From positions 9,526 through 73,525 of the forward strand of contig JBBSVQ010000040.1 of NCBI GenBank assembly GCA_038046725.1: a stretch of DNA of 64,000 nt, given 5' to 3'. How positions within the stretch are numbered: the stretch's first letter is position 1; each line of letters starts with the position of its first letter. Of the stretch, positions 7,150 to 16,683 are shown piece by piece. The translations under genes and the position numbers were made by a program. This DNA comes from Thermoplasmatota archaeon. GTDB lineage: Archaea; Thermoplasmatota; E2; JACPAO01; JAHFTW01. The notes below the pieces were generated by a model, which saw only the letters and a program-made list of their open reading frames with translations, made no database searches and was not told the DNA's origin.

Positions 7150-8808
7150 CTAGCGGCGCCGCACGAGGGCAACGGCCAACGCCGCAAGGGTCGCCCCGAA
7201 GGCCAGGCCGGGGGTGGATGCGGACCCGGGGGCGTCCGGCGGCGGTGGCGACCAAAGGGGATCCGGTAGCGGTCGTTGCGGAGGATGGACGATCAGGAAA
7301 TCGAGGGCGTTTCCTCCGTTGCCTTGGCGCCCTGCGAAGGCGAGTCGGCCGTCGTCCGCGACGGCGAGGGCCACGTGGTTGTGGAGGTTGCCGAGGTCGA
7401 TGAGCTGGACATCGCCGTCCAACCAGCGGACCCAGGCGTCACCGGTGCTTCCGTATTCGCCCACGACGGCCATGTCCCCGGCGGCCCCAGCGGCCAACTG
7501 CATCTGGAGACAGGGGTTCCCGCCCGGGCACGCCGGCAAGCCGTCGCGCACGGCGCCACCTTCCCGTTCCCAAAGGAAGCGCGGGTCGCGGTCGCCCGCA
7601 TCCCACACGAAGGCCGGGTCGCCCGCCAGGTCAACCGCGAACCCGAAGGAGCCGTCGTCGGAGACGCTGCGGCCCTCCTCATAGACGTCGGCGATGTCCC
7701 GGATCCGCCAATCATCGGCCTCGGAGGCGACGTGCAGCTGGCCGCCCTTGGACCAGGCTGCCTGGACGGTGCCGTCGCCGGCCTGCGCCAGTTCGAGCGA
7801 CGCGGAGCCGCCGATGGCATGAATCTGCGTCCAGTTGCCGGCCTTGCGTTCCAGGATGGCGTGCCCGGTCGCGATGGGCATCGAGAGGACCATGCGCCCC
7901 CCTTCCCAGGAAAGGTCGGCCGCCGTCCCGGCTCGCAGGCTGGTGGCCGTCGGCGACTCCTGACTCCACGCCGTCCCGTTCCAGAGGTGCAATTGCAGGC
8001 GGGTCGCGCTCGTCGCCAGCAGGGCCACTTGGGGCCCCGAGACGGCAATCACCGTGCGGTCGTCTTGACCGCCGGCCTGGGTCGACAGACGCTGCCATGC
8101 CAATCCCGTCTCGTTCTGTTGGGCATACCACAGGCCGGGTTGGGTGGGTCGGTCTGGCATCTCAGGTCCCGTGCCAGTGACCCATGACGCGGCATGCAGG
8201 GGCGCATCTGGGCCGTCACCAAACGCGATGCTGGCGCCGGCAGCCTGGTAGGGTCCAACCAGGCGATCGTCGACGTCCGAGCGCAGGAAAGCGTGGTTGA
8301 TTCCCGTACCTGAGTCCGGCGCGCGGTCTGCGGTGGCGCCAAGCGGTCCGGTGCTGTTGAGCCAGGCGACCGTGTCCACGACGAGGTCCCCCTCGATGAG
8401 GTCCGTCCCCTCGCCCAGCAAGCCCTTGGTGTCAAGCAGGATGTGGAATTCCGAGGCCGTGGGGGAACCGGAGAACTGCAGCCGGTCGCTGATGTCCTGG
8501 CCGTCGCGCAGGAGGCGCAGAACGGTGCCGTCGGCTTCAATGCGGAACGACGTCCGGTTGGCGCCGTGCAGGACGCTGAACGCCATCGTCGACCAGTAGC
8601 GGTCTTGCAGGCCCGGGTTCGGGTCGGGGTCAACGTAGGAGAAATGGTCGAGCAGCACGTTGAGGGTCGTCGGTGCGTCCCGGTACTCAAGCTGGACAAG
8701 GTCCGCCCGCAAATCGATGCCCCCTTGGTCCATCGTCGGGTCGGTGGCCACGACGGTGGCTCCCGCGGTCGGCAACAAGGCAATTGCAAGCCAACACCAC
8801 CCACGCAC
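7150..8808 (-). CDS. Secreted surface (glyco)protein with PGF-CTERM-like anchor
   Basis: ORF track. N-terminal signal peptide, several N-x-S/T sequons. The C-terminus TPGLAFGATLAALAVALVRRR resembles an archaeosortase PGF-CTERM signal. Confidence 0.7.
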   Translation of the reverse strand: MRGWCWLAIALLPTAGATVVATDPTMDQGGIDLRADLVQLEYRDAPTTLNVLLDHFSYVDPDPNPGLQDRYWSTMAFSVLHGANRTSFRIEADGTVLRLLRDGQDISDRLQFSGSPTASEFHILLDTKGLLGEGTDLIEGDLVVDTVAWLNSTGPLGATADRAPDSGTGINHAFLRSDVDDRLVGPYQAAGASIAFGDGPDAPLHAASWVTGTGPEMPDRPTQPGLWYAQQNETGLAWQRLSTQAGGQDDRTVIAVSGPQVALLATSATRLQLHLWNGTAWSQESPTATSLRAGTAADLSWEGGRMVLSMPIATGHAILERKAGNWTQIHAIGGSASLELAQAGDGTVQAAWSKGGQLHVASEADDWRIRDIADVYEEGRSVSDDGSFGFAVDLAGDPAFVWDAGDRDPRFLWEREGGAVRDGLPACPGGNPCLQMQLAAGAAGDMAVVGEYGSTGDAWVRWLDGDVQLIDLGNLHNHVALAVADDGRLAFAGRQGNGGNALDFLIVHPPQRPLPDPLWSPPPPDAPGSASTPGLAFGATLAALAVALVRRR

Positions 8809-8936
8809 GCCATCCGACTTGCCTTCCGGCTCTTGACTGTAACGGGTCCCTGGTTCGGCAGTTGGGAACCGTCGCCGCGTCGCTTTGAGCCGGACCCCCG
8901 ATGCGCCGGCGCCACAATCGTGGCGGAACTCCCAAC

Positions 8937-9155
8937 ATGAAGGCCATCCTGCTTGCCGCCCTCCTGCTCCTGACCGCCCTCGCCGTCGTCCCCGCCGCGG
9001 ACGCCGCCCCGCCTGAGCCGCAGTGCATGCCCGTCTACCAACGCACCGACGTCGGCACCATCAGCATCGTGCGCAAGGACTCCTGCAGCCTGGACGTCTA
9101 CGAATGCCCCTACGAGGGCGCCCCCATCTCGTCCTGCGAGCACCTGCTGCGCTAG
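8937..9155 (+). CDS. Small secreted Cys-rich protein
   Basis: Internal ATG of ORF 8901..9155. MKAILLAALLLLTALAVVPAADA signal peptide, five Cys in the mature part. Confidence 0.55.
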   Translation: MKAILLAALLLLTALAVVPAADAAPPEPQCMPVYQRTDVGTISIVRKDSCSLDVYECPYEGAPISSCEHLLR

Positions 9156-9159
9156 GCGA

Positions 9160-10221
9160 TTACAGCCACCCGCCGATGGTCGGCAAGTCGAGGAACGCGG
9201 AGTCGTAGAAGCGCTCGGCCTCGGCGGGCACGTCCGTCCATGGGATGCCCATGCGGTGCAGGATGTCCGCGCGCAGCGCTAGGTCCGCTGCAATGTCTCC
9301 GAGTTTGATGCCCGTGGCGTCCGCCACCGACACTTCGTACCCCGTGTCATCGACGAAGTAGTGGATGGCGCCCGCCAGGAGGTCCCGCGTCGCAAGGCGG
9401 ACCATGATGGCGTGCAGGCCCTCCTGCACCTCCGGTGGGAGCTTCGGCCAGGCAGGGAACTTGCCGAGCGCCTTGTGCGGCACCAGTCGGCCGTCCTCCG
9501 TCAACGTCTCCGCGACGACCTCGTCGCCCTGCATGCGGAACCCGAACCACGTGAGGTCCGCGGCGAGGTGGTAGGGGCGAACCATGGGGTCCTCGGCGGC
9601 CAGGGGCGCGAGCGCGAGTGCCCAGGCCTCCGAGGGCGAACCCGCTTCTTCGGCGGACCCCGTCGGCGTGGGCGGCCACGATGCCGGCTGGAACCAGCGT
9701 GCGCCGCGTTCGAGATTGGTCTTGATCTCGCGGTCGACGTCGCCCCACATCCCGGACTCGCGCGCGGCTTTCTCGAACATGCGGTTGACCGTGTCGGCGC
9801 GCTCCTGGCCCTTCTGGAGGCGGTACGCGGGCGCCACGCGGCTGACTTGGTCGTCGAATTCCCGTTGCAGGTTGCCTCCTGCGGCCACTTCGACGCCGCG
9901 GCAGCAACGGTTGACGTACACCTCGGTGCGGCGACCGAAGTAGACGTGGAAGGGGAAGTAGCGGCAATGGGCCGGCCGGTCCTCGTACGCCGTGCACCGC
10001 TTGTTCTTCAGGAGGGTGCAGGCGCCGCAGCCACCTTGCGGGGCGAGGAGAACCATCTCTCCGGTGCGCGTGATGGGCAACTGCGGGAACCGGGTCTTGA
10101 GCTTGGCCAATTCCGGCGCCGACGCCTCGGGAGTGAAGGTGCAGCAGAAGCCACAGCCCTCGATGCAGGCATAGCGCAGGCCGTGCAGTTCACGGCGGTC
10201 CATACTGGGCGCGGCAGGCAT
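9160..10221 (-). CDS. YkgJ-family cysteine-cluster (Zn/Fe-chelating CxxCxxCC) protein with C-terminal extension
   Basis: ORF 9160..10416 with internal ATG 10221. CIEGCGFCC...CGACTLL...CTAYEDRPAHCRYFP matches the YkgJ/UPF0153 pattern. The upstream part of the ORF is repeat sequence. Confidence 0.75.
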   Translation of the reverse strand: MPAAPSMDRRELHGLRYACIEGCGFCCTFTPEASAPELAKLKTRFPQLPITRTGEMVLLAPQGGCGACTLLKNKRCTAYEDRPAHCRYFPFHVYFGRRTEVYVNRCCRGVEVAAGGNLQREFDDQVSRVAPAYRLQKGQERADTVNRMFEKAARESGMWGDVDREIKTNLERGARWFQPASWPPTPTGSAEEAGSPSEAWALALAPLAAEDPMVRPYHLAADLTWFGFRMQGDEVVAETLTEDGRLVPHKALGKFPAWPKLPPEVQEGLHAIMVRLATRDLLAGAIHYFVDDTGYEVSVADATGIKLGDIAADLALRADILHRMGIPWTDVPAEAERFYDSAFLDLPTIGGWL

Positions 10222-10282
10222 GGCGGTCGGGATGGGCGCGTCAAGTCGCGGGGTGATGAACCTGCCGCGTCGGGCCGGCCGG

Positions 10283-10346
10283 GCCGCAGAGAAACGTAGA
10301 GCAATCGCGAACCGGTCTCGTCTGCGTCCTCTGCGTTCTCTGCGGC
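10283..10346. repeat. 9-nt-unit hairpin element, GCAGAG variant (left arm degenerate)
   Basis: GCCGCAGAG-AAACGTAGA-GCAATCGCG ... TCTCGTCTG-CGTCCTCTG-CGTTCTCTGCGGC. Confidence 0.55.
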
Positions 10347-10373
10347 TCGTCGAACCCCCTCGGTAGCTTGACC

Positions 10374-10811
10374 TCACGCGAGGGCGAGGTGGAACGCGCG
10401 CGCCGTGTCCGGGCATGCGCCGCGCAACTCCATGGACTGGTGGAGACCAGGCGGCAACGTGTCTTTCTGAACCTCCGTCCAGCCGAGGCGGGCCAACCAG
10501 TCGGGAATCGTCGTCGTCAAGCCGTACGCGTGGCGCAGGCCGGACTTGCGCATCTCCCCCAGGCCGGCGTGCAACAAGGCGGCCCCCAGGCCAGTTCCCC
10601 GTTGCTCAGGGTCCACGATGAGGGAGCGCAGGAGGCCCTTGTCGCCGTAGGCCTCGTACGCGATGGCGCCGACGACGTCGCCGTCGAGGTCCCACACCCA
10701 GAGCCGTTCGCGGTAGTCGTCCAGGCCTTCCAAGGGCAACTTGGCGGCCGAAAGCAGGCGTCGGACCGCCGGGAGGTCGGCGGTGGAGGCTTTCCGAAGC
10801 AAGAGTCGCAC
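10374..10811 (-). CDS. GNAT N-acetyltransferase (possibly ArsN2-like)
   Basis: C-terminal part of ORF 10374..11330. GTG 10811 gives VRLLLRKASTADLPAV... QRGTGLGAALL is the acetyl-CoA binding motif. Confidence 0.75.
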   Translation of the reverse strand: MRLLLRKASTADLPAVRRLLSAAKLPLEGLDDYRERLWVWDLDGDVVGAIAYEAYGDKGLLRSLIVDPEQRGTGLGAALLHAGLGEMRKSGLRHAYGLTTTIPDWLARLGWTEVQKDTLPPGLHQSMELRGACPDTARAFHLALA

Positions 10812-10855
10812 ATTTCGTCTCGGGATTTGACGGCTTCGACCCGCGTGCCGGCGTG

Positions 10856-11593
10856 CTAGCCCTGGGCTTGGAAGCGCAGCCAACTGAGTCCCTTGGCGCT
10901 GGCTGGTTCGTTGTCGTCGTTCTGCGGTTTGTACCCGGCCCGCGCCGAGAACGCCGACGGGCACTCCTCGCTCAGCGGGCACACGCCGCAGCGGGGGCGG
11001 TTCGCGACGCAGACGAGGCGGCCGTGATCGATGACGCGGTGCGTGTAGCTGGGCCACTGCTTGGGCGCCAGCAAGGCTTCCAAGTCGGCGGCGATGGCGT
11101 CGGGGGTCTTGCTGCGCGTCAAGCCGAGAAGGCGGTTGATGCGCACCATGTGGGTGTCCACGGTGACGCCAGCCGCGAGGCCGAAGGCGGTTCCCAGGAC
11201 CGCGGTGGCCGTCTTGCGGCCCACGCCGGGCAGGGAGGTGAGTGCGTCGAGGTCGGCGGGGACTTCGCCGTGGAAGTCGGCCACGAGTCGGCGCGACAAT
11301 TCGCGCACGTTCTTCGCCTTGGCCCGCCACAAGCCGATGCCGCCGATGTGCATGGCGATGGCGCCGTCAGGCGACTGAGCCATGGACTCGGCATCTGGAT
11401 ACTCCTCGAACAAGGCCCGGGTCGCCTTGTTGACGGCGAGGTCCGTGGTCTGTGCCGACAGGACGGTGGCGACGAGGAGTTGGAACGGCGTCTCGTGGAT
11501 GAGGGCGCACGCGGACTCCGGGTAGGCCCCTTCGAGGTGGCGGGCGATGCGGCGGGCGCGCAGCAGTCTCGCCGCCTTCGACTCGCGCGCCAT
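10856..11593 (-). CDS. nth: Endonuclease III
   Basis: ORF 10856..11725 with internal ATG 11593. HhH-GPD motif LPGVGRKTA and Fe-S cluster loop C-x6-C-x2-C-x5-C. The upstream part of the ORF is hairpin repeat. Confidence 0.9.
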   Translation of the reverse strand: MARESKAARLLRARRIARHLEGAYPESACALIHETPFQLLVATVLSAQTTDLAVNKATRALFEEYPDAESMAQSPDGAIAMHIGGIGLWRAKAKNVRELSRRLVADFHGEVPADLDALTSLPGVGRKTATAVLGTAFGLAAGVTVDTHMVRINRLLGLTRSKTPDAIAADLEALLAPKQWPSYTHRVIDHGRLVCVANRPRCGVCPLSEECPSAFSARAGYKPQNDDNEPASAKGLSWLRFQAQG

Positions 11594-11641
11594 GCTCGGG
11601 AGAGGGGGAGGCGGTTCAAGGCCGTGGCGCTCGCCGCCCAA

Positions 11642-11797
11642 CAATCCGCCGATGACGCCGATGAACGATTCCCACATCGGCGGGTTCGGCGTCATCGCGG
11701 GTTCGTCGCTGCATGGCGAACCCATCCACCGATGACACCGATGCCCACCGATGAACGGTCACCGCATCGGTGCCATCGGTGGGAATCGGTGGATCGG
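11642..11797. repeat. Double hairpin composite (CGCCGATG hairpin + CACCGATG hairpin)
   Basis: Its reverse complement aligns by eye along its whole length with 62799-62960. Confidence 0.8.
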
Positions 11798-11812
11798 TTT
11801 GGGCGTCGTGCG

Positions 11813-12094
11813 TCAGGCGATGACCTCACCCGCGGGCAGACGGGACACTCCCAGCCGCCACATGACGCCGCTGGCGCCGACGGCCGCGATGCCGGCCTGC
11901 ATCCCTGCGGCAGTGTCGCGCGCGAAGCCGGATCCCTGCTCGGCGGCGAGGAACGCCGTGGCCAGGGACGAGGTCAGGGGGAGGCCGAAGACGAGGCCGG
12001 CGACGGCGTGGCCCCAACGGCGCTCGATGGCGTAGATGAGGAGGATGACGAGCGGGGTGGCGACGAGCTTGACGGCAAGCAAGGTCGCGTCCAC
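11813..12094 (-). CDS. Small membrane protein (DUF3147-like?)
   Basis: C-terminal part of ORF 11813..12391, from GTG 12094. Three hydrophobic segments. The upstream part of the ORF is the MITE-like repeat. Confidence 0.45.
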   Translation of the reverse strand: MDATLLAVKLVATPLVILLIYAIERRWGHAVAGLVFGLPLTSSLATAFLAAEQGSGFARDTAAGMQAGIAAVGASGVMWRLGVSRLPAGEVIA

Positions 12095-12200
12095 GGGCGG
12101 TCCACCTCGGGAACCCTCATCAGGAAAGCGCTTCCGCACGACCCGACGAGTCCCGGATTTCGCAGAGCGCCGCAGAACGCAACGCCCGCAAATCTCCAGG

Positions 12201-12403
12201 GGCGCGCGTTCCTGGCCCCGCCGTTCCCACGTCTCCCGACGCCGACGTCGGCGACTTGCTCCACAACCATTTCCCGAAGCGCCGCGCGAAGCGCGGCGAG
12301 GCGGCGCCCCGCGCCCGCCCAGGTTTGCATTCATCGGTTTGAGGTCGCGGTCGGAGTCGTCGTCGGAAGGAGGTTGACTGGCGAGGGTCACCGAACGGGC
12401 GCC
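12201..12403 (+). mobile_element. MITE-like repeat core, copy B
   Basis: Same termini and internal hairpins as copy A, aligned by eye. Confidence 0.65.
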
Positions 12404-12575
12404 GTCGGCTGTTCAGAAAGGACGCCGACTTTGGTCGAGAGCCGACGAACTCGAGGCCGAACGCCGCGAGATGCGGCGCGAGGCGGGCCTGCCCAATCGG
12501 CGAGGCGAGCGTTGGAAACGCGAGCCGAGCGCATGGGGGTTCAGGGGGCCCGCAGGGCCCCCTAGCCTAGGTTTC

Positions 12576-12619
12576 GCACGAAACGCGTGAGGCTTCGAAG
12601 AAGCCGATGCGTTTCGTGC
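12576..12619. repeat. Hairpin GCACGAAACGC/GCGTTTCGTGC with nested GGCTTC/GAAGCC stem (CACGAA-related)
   Basis: Perfect 11-bp stem. Overlaps the stop codon of the 12619..12900 gene, so it may act as a terminator-like structure. Confidence 0.5.
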
Positions 12620-12900
12620 TAGTGGACGCTGTCTGGGTGGTGGTGGCGGTCCCAGCCGGCCATCAGGGCCATGACGCCGAAGAGCACGAAGCCGATGCCC
12701 TCGATGAGGAACAGGAACCCGAGGGCAATCCAGTCGCCGCGGACCGCGGTGGCGCCGATGGGGGAGTCGTCGAAGAACCCCGTCATGCTCAGGCCCCACG
12801 TGATGCCCCCGAAGAGGCCAATCAGCAGCCCGAGGCCGATGAAGATCTCGCCGAACAGGCCGGAGGACCCGACGCCTTCCTGGAATTCCTTGACGTGCAC
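12619..12900 (-). CDS. Small membrane protein
   Basis: C-terminal part of ORF 12619..13716, from GTG 12900. Two or three hydrophobic segments, His-rich tail. The rest of the ORF is antisense to the YyaL-like gene. Confidence 0.45.
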   Translation of the reverse strand: MHVKEFQEGVGSSGLFGEIFIGLGLLIGLFGGITWGLSMTGFFDDSPIGATAVRGDWIALGFLFLIEGIGFVLFGVMALMAGWDRHHHPDSVH

Positions 12901-12959
12901 GAGGACCCGATGGTCGTCCCTCGGGCAAGAACGTTGCGCTTGCCGTGGGGCCGACCGGA

Positions 12960-13015
12960 CCACGACTTGCACGAAGGCCACGAACCAGGCTTCGTGCGGT
13001 TCGTGCAATTCGTGG
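12960..13015. repeat. 9-nt-unit hairpin element, CACGAA variant
   Basis: CCACGACTT-GCACGAAGG-CCACGAACC aggc TTCGTGCGG-TTCGTGCAA-TTCGTGG. Lies between divergent gene starts. Confidence 0.8.
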
Positions 13016-13074
13016 TTGGTGAAGGATGGCGCCCGTGCGAAAAAGGCCTTCACCGACGCCCCCCTGGCCATGGC

Positions 13075-15150
13075 GTGGCGCAACAGGCGACCGGGAAACC
13101 CAACGCGCTCGCTTCCGAGCCGAGCCCGTACCTGCGCCAGCACATGCACAACCCCGTCGACTGGCGGCCCTGGGGCGACGCTGCCTTCGCGGAAGCCCGC
13201 CGCCGCGACGTCCCCGTCTTCGTTTCCATCGGGTACGCCACCTGCCACTGGTGCCACGTCATGGCGCACGAGTCCTTCGAGGACCCCGCCGTGGCCGCCC
13301 TGATGAACGCCGCCTTCGTCAACGTCAAAGTCGATCGCGAGGAGCGCCCCGACATCGACGACTCCTGCATGGCCGTCTGCCAAGCCATGACGGGCTCCGG
13401 CGGATGGCCGCTCACCGTCGTCATGACGCCGGACCGCAAGCCGTTCTTCGCGGGAACGTACTTCCCGAAGCAGTCGCGGCATGGCCGCATCGGCATGCTC
13501 GACCTCGTGCCCAGAATCCAGGAGGCCTGGGTCGGCAAGCGCGCTGAATTGATGGGGCAGGCGCAGGAGATCCTCGACCACGTCGGCCACGAGCACGCCC
13601 GCGAGGCAATCGAGCTTGGCGAGGCGACCCTGGTCGCGGCCGAGCAGGCGATGGCAAAGCGCTACGACGCTGCGCGCGGCGGCTTCGGCGTCGCACCCAA
13701 ATTCCCCTCCCCGCACACGCTGCTCTTCCTTCTTCGGCGCTGGTCACACACGCGGGACGCGGCGACGCTGCGCATGGTGACGCACACGCTGCACGCGATG
13801 GCGGACGGCGGCATCCACGACCACGTCGGCGGCGGCTTCCACCGCTACTCCACCGACGCGCAGTGGCTGCTGCCGCACTTCGAGAAGATGCTGTACGACC
13901 AGGCGATGCTGGCCATGGCGTACACCGAGGCTTGGCAAGCAAGCGGGGACTCGCGCTTCGCCGACGTCGCGCGCGGCATCCTGGACTATGTCTTGCGCGA
14001 CCTGCAAGACCCGGCCGGAGGGTTCCGGTGCGCCGAAGACGCGGACTCCGAAGGCGAGGAGGGCAAGTTCTACGTGTGGGCGCGGCCCGAGCTGAAGGCC
14101 CACCTTGGTCCCGACGCCGACCTCGTGGCTGCGGCGTACGGCGTCGCGACCGAGGGCAATTTCCACGACGAGGCCACGCACCGGCTGACGGGCGCCAACA
14201 TTCTCCACCTGCCGCGACCCCTGGCTGACGTCGCGAAGGCAAACGGCCTCAGCGTGCCTGATCTCGAGGCGCGCCTCGCCGCGGCTCGCGCCAAGCTGCT
14301 CAACGTCCGGTCGAAACGCGTGCGCCCGCAACTCGACGACAAGGTCCTCACCGATTGGAACGGACTCGGCATCGCCGCGTTCGCCAAAGCCGGGCACGCC
14401 TTGCAGGAGCCGCGCTACGTTGCTGCCGCCGTTGCAGCCGCGACGTTCCTTCGCCGCGAGATGCGCGACGGCAACGGTCAATTGCTGCACCGCTGGCATG
14501 CCGGCCGCAAGGACGACCGCAGCTTCCTCGACGAGCACGCCTTTCTGCTGTGGGGCCTCGTCGAGCTGTACGGGGCCACGTTCGACCCCGCTTGGCTCGC
14601 CTGGGCGCAGGACGTGGCAGACCAACTGCTCGAGCGCTTCGGCGACGGGCGCGGCGGCTTCACGCTCAGCCCCAAGAACGCAGAGGAGTTCGGCGTGAAG
14701 CGCCGCGACGCCTACGATGGCGCGCTGCCGTCCGGCAATTCCGCTGCGGCCTACGCCCTCTTGCGCCTGGGCCTGCTGACTGGCGAGGACCGCTGGTCTG
14801 CTGCGGGGCGCGGCGTCCTCGACTCGTTCTCCGCACAAGCGGGGGAGCACCCGCAGGCGTTCACCATGTTGCTGTGCGCGCTGGACCTCGACATCGGCCC
14901 CACCCGCGAACTCGTGGTGGCCGGCGAAGGCCCGGTCGCTCAACGCCTGCTGGACGTCGCGCGGCACGGGTTCCAGCCACGCCTGGCGGTCCTGCATGCG
15001 CGGTCCGGACTGGCCAAGGTGGCCCCCTGGACGGCGGACCACAAGCCGCTGCCCGCCGGCGCGGCAGCCTACCTGTGCGAAGGGCAGGCCTGTCAGGCAC
15101 CGACGTCGGAGGCAGGCTTTCTCGCGAAGCAATTGGCCACCAAACCCTAA
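13075..15150 (+). CDS. Thioredoxin-domain protein YyaL/DUF255 (SPATA20-like)
   Basis: ORF 12607..15150. [18 protein letters not shown]...[16 protein letters not shown] is the family signature. GTG 13075 chosen, start uncertain. Confidence 0.88.
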   Translation: MAQQATGKPNALASEPSPYLRQHMHNPVDWRPWGDAAFAEARRRDVPVFVSIGYATCHWCHVMAHESFEDPAVAALMNAAFVNVKVDREERPDIDDSCMAVCQAMTGSGGWPLTVVMTPDRKPFFAGTYFPKQSRHGRIGMLDLVPRIQEAWVGKRAELMGQAQEILDHVGHEHAREAIELGEATLVAAEQAMAKRYDAARGGFGVAPKFPSPHTLLFLLRRWSHTRDAATLRMVTHTLHAMADGGIHDHVGGGFHRYSTDAQWLLPHFEKMLYDQAMLAMAYTEAWQASGDSRFADVARGILDYVLRDLQDPAGGFRCAEDADSEGEEGKFYVWARPELKAHLGPDADLVAAAYGVATEGNFHDEATHRLTGANILHLPRPLADVAKANGLSVPDLEARLAAARAKLLNVRSKRVRPQLDDKVLTDWNGLGIAAFAKAGHALQEPRYVAAAVAAATFLRREMRDGNGQLLHRWHAGRKDDRSFLDEHAFLLWGLVELYGATFDPAWLAWAQDVADQLLERFGDGRGGFTLSPKNAEEFGVKRRDAYDGALPSGNSAAAYALLRLGLLTGEDRWSAAGRGVLDSFSAQAGEHPQAFTMLLCALDLDIGPTRELVVAGEGPVAQRLLDVARHGFQPRLAVLHARSGLAKVAPWTADHKPLPAGAAAYLCEGQACQAPTSEAGFLAKQLATKP

Positions 15151-15174
15151 GTCCCGGCCAAGGGGTCGAGCGGC

Positions 15175-15597
15175 GTGCGCACACTGGCCTTGGCCATTTT
15201 CGTCGTTCCCGCGGCCGGCTGCCGCGACACCCTGGGCTTCACGTGGATGGAGGTGCGCGGGGACGTCCTCACGACGCGCATCCACGATGTCAACGGAACC
15301 TTGCTGTTCCAACGGGTCTTCGACCGAGCCGATCCGGCACGCTCCACGGCGATGGAGCCTGGGCAGGCTCAGGCGCGGTTCACGCCACGTTCCTTGAGGA
15401 GAGCCCGGACGCGGTGCTCAATGTCGTCGCGGACGCGGCGGAATTCCGCCAGCGGCTTTCCTTTGGGGTCGTCCAAGTCCCAGTCGAGGAGCGGCTTGCC
15501 GATGAAGGCTGGACAGGCGTCGTCGCCGCAGCCCATGGTGACGACGAGGTCGCAGGCGTCGCGCACCCAGGCCTCATCGAAGCCCTGGCTCGGATGA
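15175..15597 (+). CDS. Putative small lipoprotein, 3' end uncertain
   Basis: ORF track. The GTG start gives VRTLALAIFVVPAAGC (lipobox), and GC3 is high over the first 65 codons or so. The ORF then runs 230 nt antisense into arsC, so the true stop is doubtful. Confidence 0.3.
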   Translation: MRTLALAIFVVPAAGCRDTLGFTWMEVRGDVLTTRIHDVNGTLLFQRVFDRADPARSTAMEPGQAQARFTPRSLRRARTRCSMSSRTRRNSASGFPLGSSKSQSRSGLPMKAGQASSPQPMVTTRSQASRTQASSKPWLG

Positions 15598-15818
15598 CCG
15601 GAGATGTCGATGCCCTTCTCCCGCATGGCCGCGATGGCTTCGGGCAGGACGTACCCCAGGGGCTTGCTGCCGCCGCTGCGCGCCTCCACGCGAACGCCAC
15701 CGAAGGCGCGTGCGAAGCCCTGCGCCATCTGGCTGCGGGCGCTGTTCCCCACGCAGGCGAACAGGACGCGGAACGGCGGCTGGCGGGGACGCTGCGCCGG
15801 TGTGGTCGCCACGCTCAC
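15369..15818 (-). CDS. arsC: Arsenate reductase, LMW-PTP/thioredoxin-coupled type
   Basis: ORF track. CVGNSARS P-loop plus the Cys pair in TMGCGDDACP, equivalent to Cys10/82/89 of the pI258 and B. subtilis ArsC. Confidence 0.9.
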   Translation of the reverse strand: MSVATTPAQRPRQPPFRVLFACVGNSARSQMAQGFARAFGGVRVEARSGGSKPLGYVLPEAIAAMREKGIDISGHPSQGFDEAWVRDACDLVVTMGCGDDACPAFIGKPLLDWDLDDPKGKPLAEFRRVRDDIEHRVRALLKERGVNRA

Positions 15819-16534
15819 TGCGCCCCCGTTGAGTGCAAGTCAATGGGGCCGAGGGCGCCCAGCGTTTCGCCGGGGTGCGGCTTGCGGGCACCGCGCAGCC
15901 ACTCGTACGTCGCCATGGCTGCGCAGGCACCTGCGACGGGCATGGCAAGGTAGAGCCACAGAGCGTCTCCCTGCAGGTCCACGAGGGCGGGGCCGAGCGT
16001 CCGCGCCGGATTGGTGGACGAGCCCGTGAGGGGCCCGGCCCAAACGGAGTTCACGGCGACGGTGAGCCCGATGGCGATGCCGGCGAAGCCCTGCGACGCG
16101 CGCTTGTCGGTGGCGACGCCGATGATGACGAGGCCGAGGAGGAACGACGCCAGGAACTCGACGGCGGCCGCTGCGGGGATGCCGAGTCCGTCACGCAGCG
16201 TCGTCGTGACCGGGCCGACGCCATCGAAGACCCAGTCGAGCAGCACAGCCGCCGCCAAGGCACCAAGAAGTTGCGCAGCCAAGTAAGGGCCGACGCGGCG
16301 CCAGGGGAAGTGGCCCGTCAGAGCGAAGGCGATGGTGATGGCCGGATTGTAGTGTGCGCCGCAAACGTGGCCGAGGGCGTAAATCAAGACGGCGACGGCA
16401 AAGCCGAAGGCGAGGGCGACCGCGAGCGAGCCGGCCCCGTCCAGGATTGCTGCGCCTCCGGCGAGGACGAGGAAAAACACGCCGAGGGCCTCGGCGGCCT
16501 CGGGGCGCAGGTCGGGCACGAACGCGGGACGCAC
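15815..16534 (-). CDS. MIP-family channel (aquaporin/aquaglyceroporin)
   Basis: ORF track. Two NPA boxes (HYNPAITIA, STNPARTLG), six hydrophobic helices. Stop overlaps the arsC start (ATGA). Confidence 0.9.
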   Translation of the reverse strand: MRPAFVPDLRPEAAEALGVFFLVLAGGAAILDGAGSLAVALAFGFAVAVLIYALGHVCGAHYNPAITIAFALTGHFPWRRVGPYLAAQLLGALAAAVLLDWVFDGVGPVTTTLRDGLGIPAAAAVEFLASFLLGLVIIGVATDKRASQGFAGIAIGLTVAVNSVWAGPLTGSSTNPARTLGPALVDLQGDALWLYLAMPVAGACAAMATYEWLRGARKPHPGETLGALGPIDLHSTGAQ

Positions 16535-16581
16535 TCGGGCCCTAAAGGAGCCGCTATGCCCAGAGAGGGTGCACGCGTTGC

Positions 16582-16661
16582 GTCATCGGTGGGCATCGGT
16601 GACATCGGTGGATGGCCTTGCCAGGAGCGGGCCAATCCAGATGACACCGAGGTCACCGATG
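16582..16661. repeat. 9-nt-unit hairpin element, CACCGATG variant (GGATGG/CCAATCC next to loop)
   Basis: GTCATCGGTGG-GCATCGGTG-ACATCGGTGGATGG ... CCAATCCAGATG-ACACCGAGG-TCACCGATG. Confidence 0.8.
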
Positions 16662-16683
16662 CGGTTTCCCTGCGCGCGGAGAA

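Noticed and set aside
11594-11725. N-terminal extensions of real genes that run through repeats: nth to 11725, etfA to 39512, moeB-like to 35576, Mrp to 30992, dCMP deaminase to 3376, YkgJ-like to 10416.
   Set aside because: The extra codons are hairpin or MITE-like repeat sequence. They give recurring peptides such as PPMTPMSPM or LRLKV in unrelated ORFs, and family alignments as I recall them start at the downstream start codons.
12607-13074. Upstream 156 codons of the 847-aa ORF as part of the YyaL-like protein.
   Set aside because: This region is antisense to a small membrane protein gene and contains a hairpin element. The family signature (SPYLRQH..NPVDW) begins right after GTG 13075.
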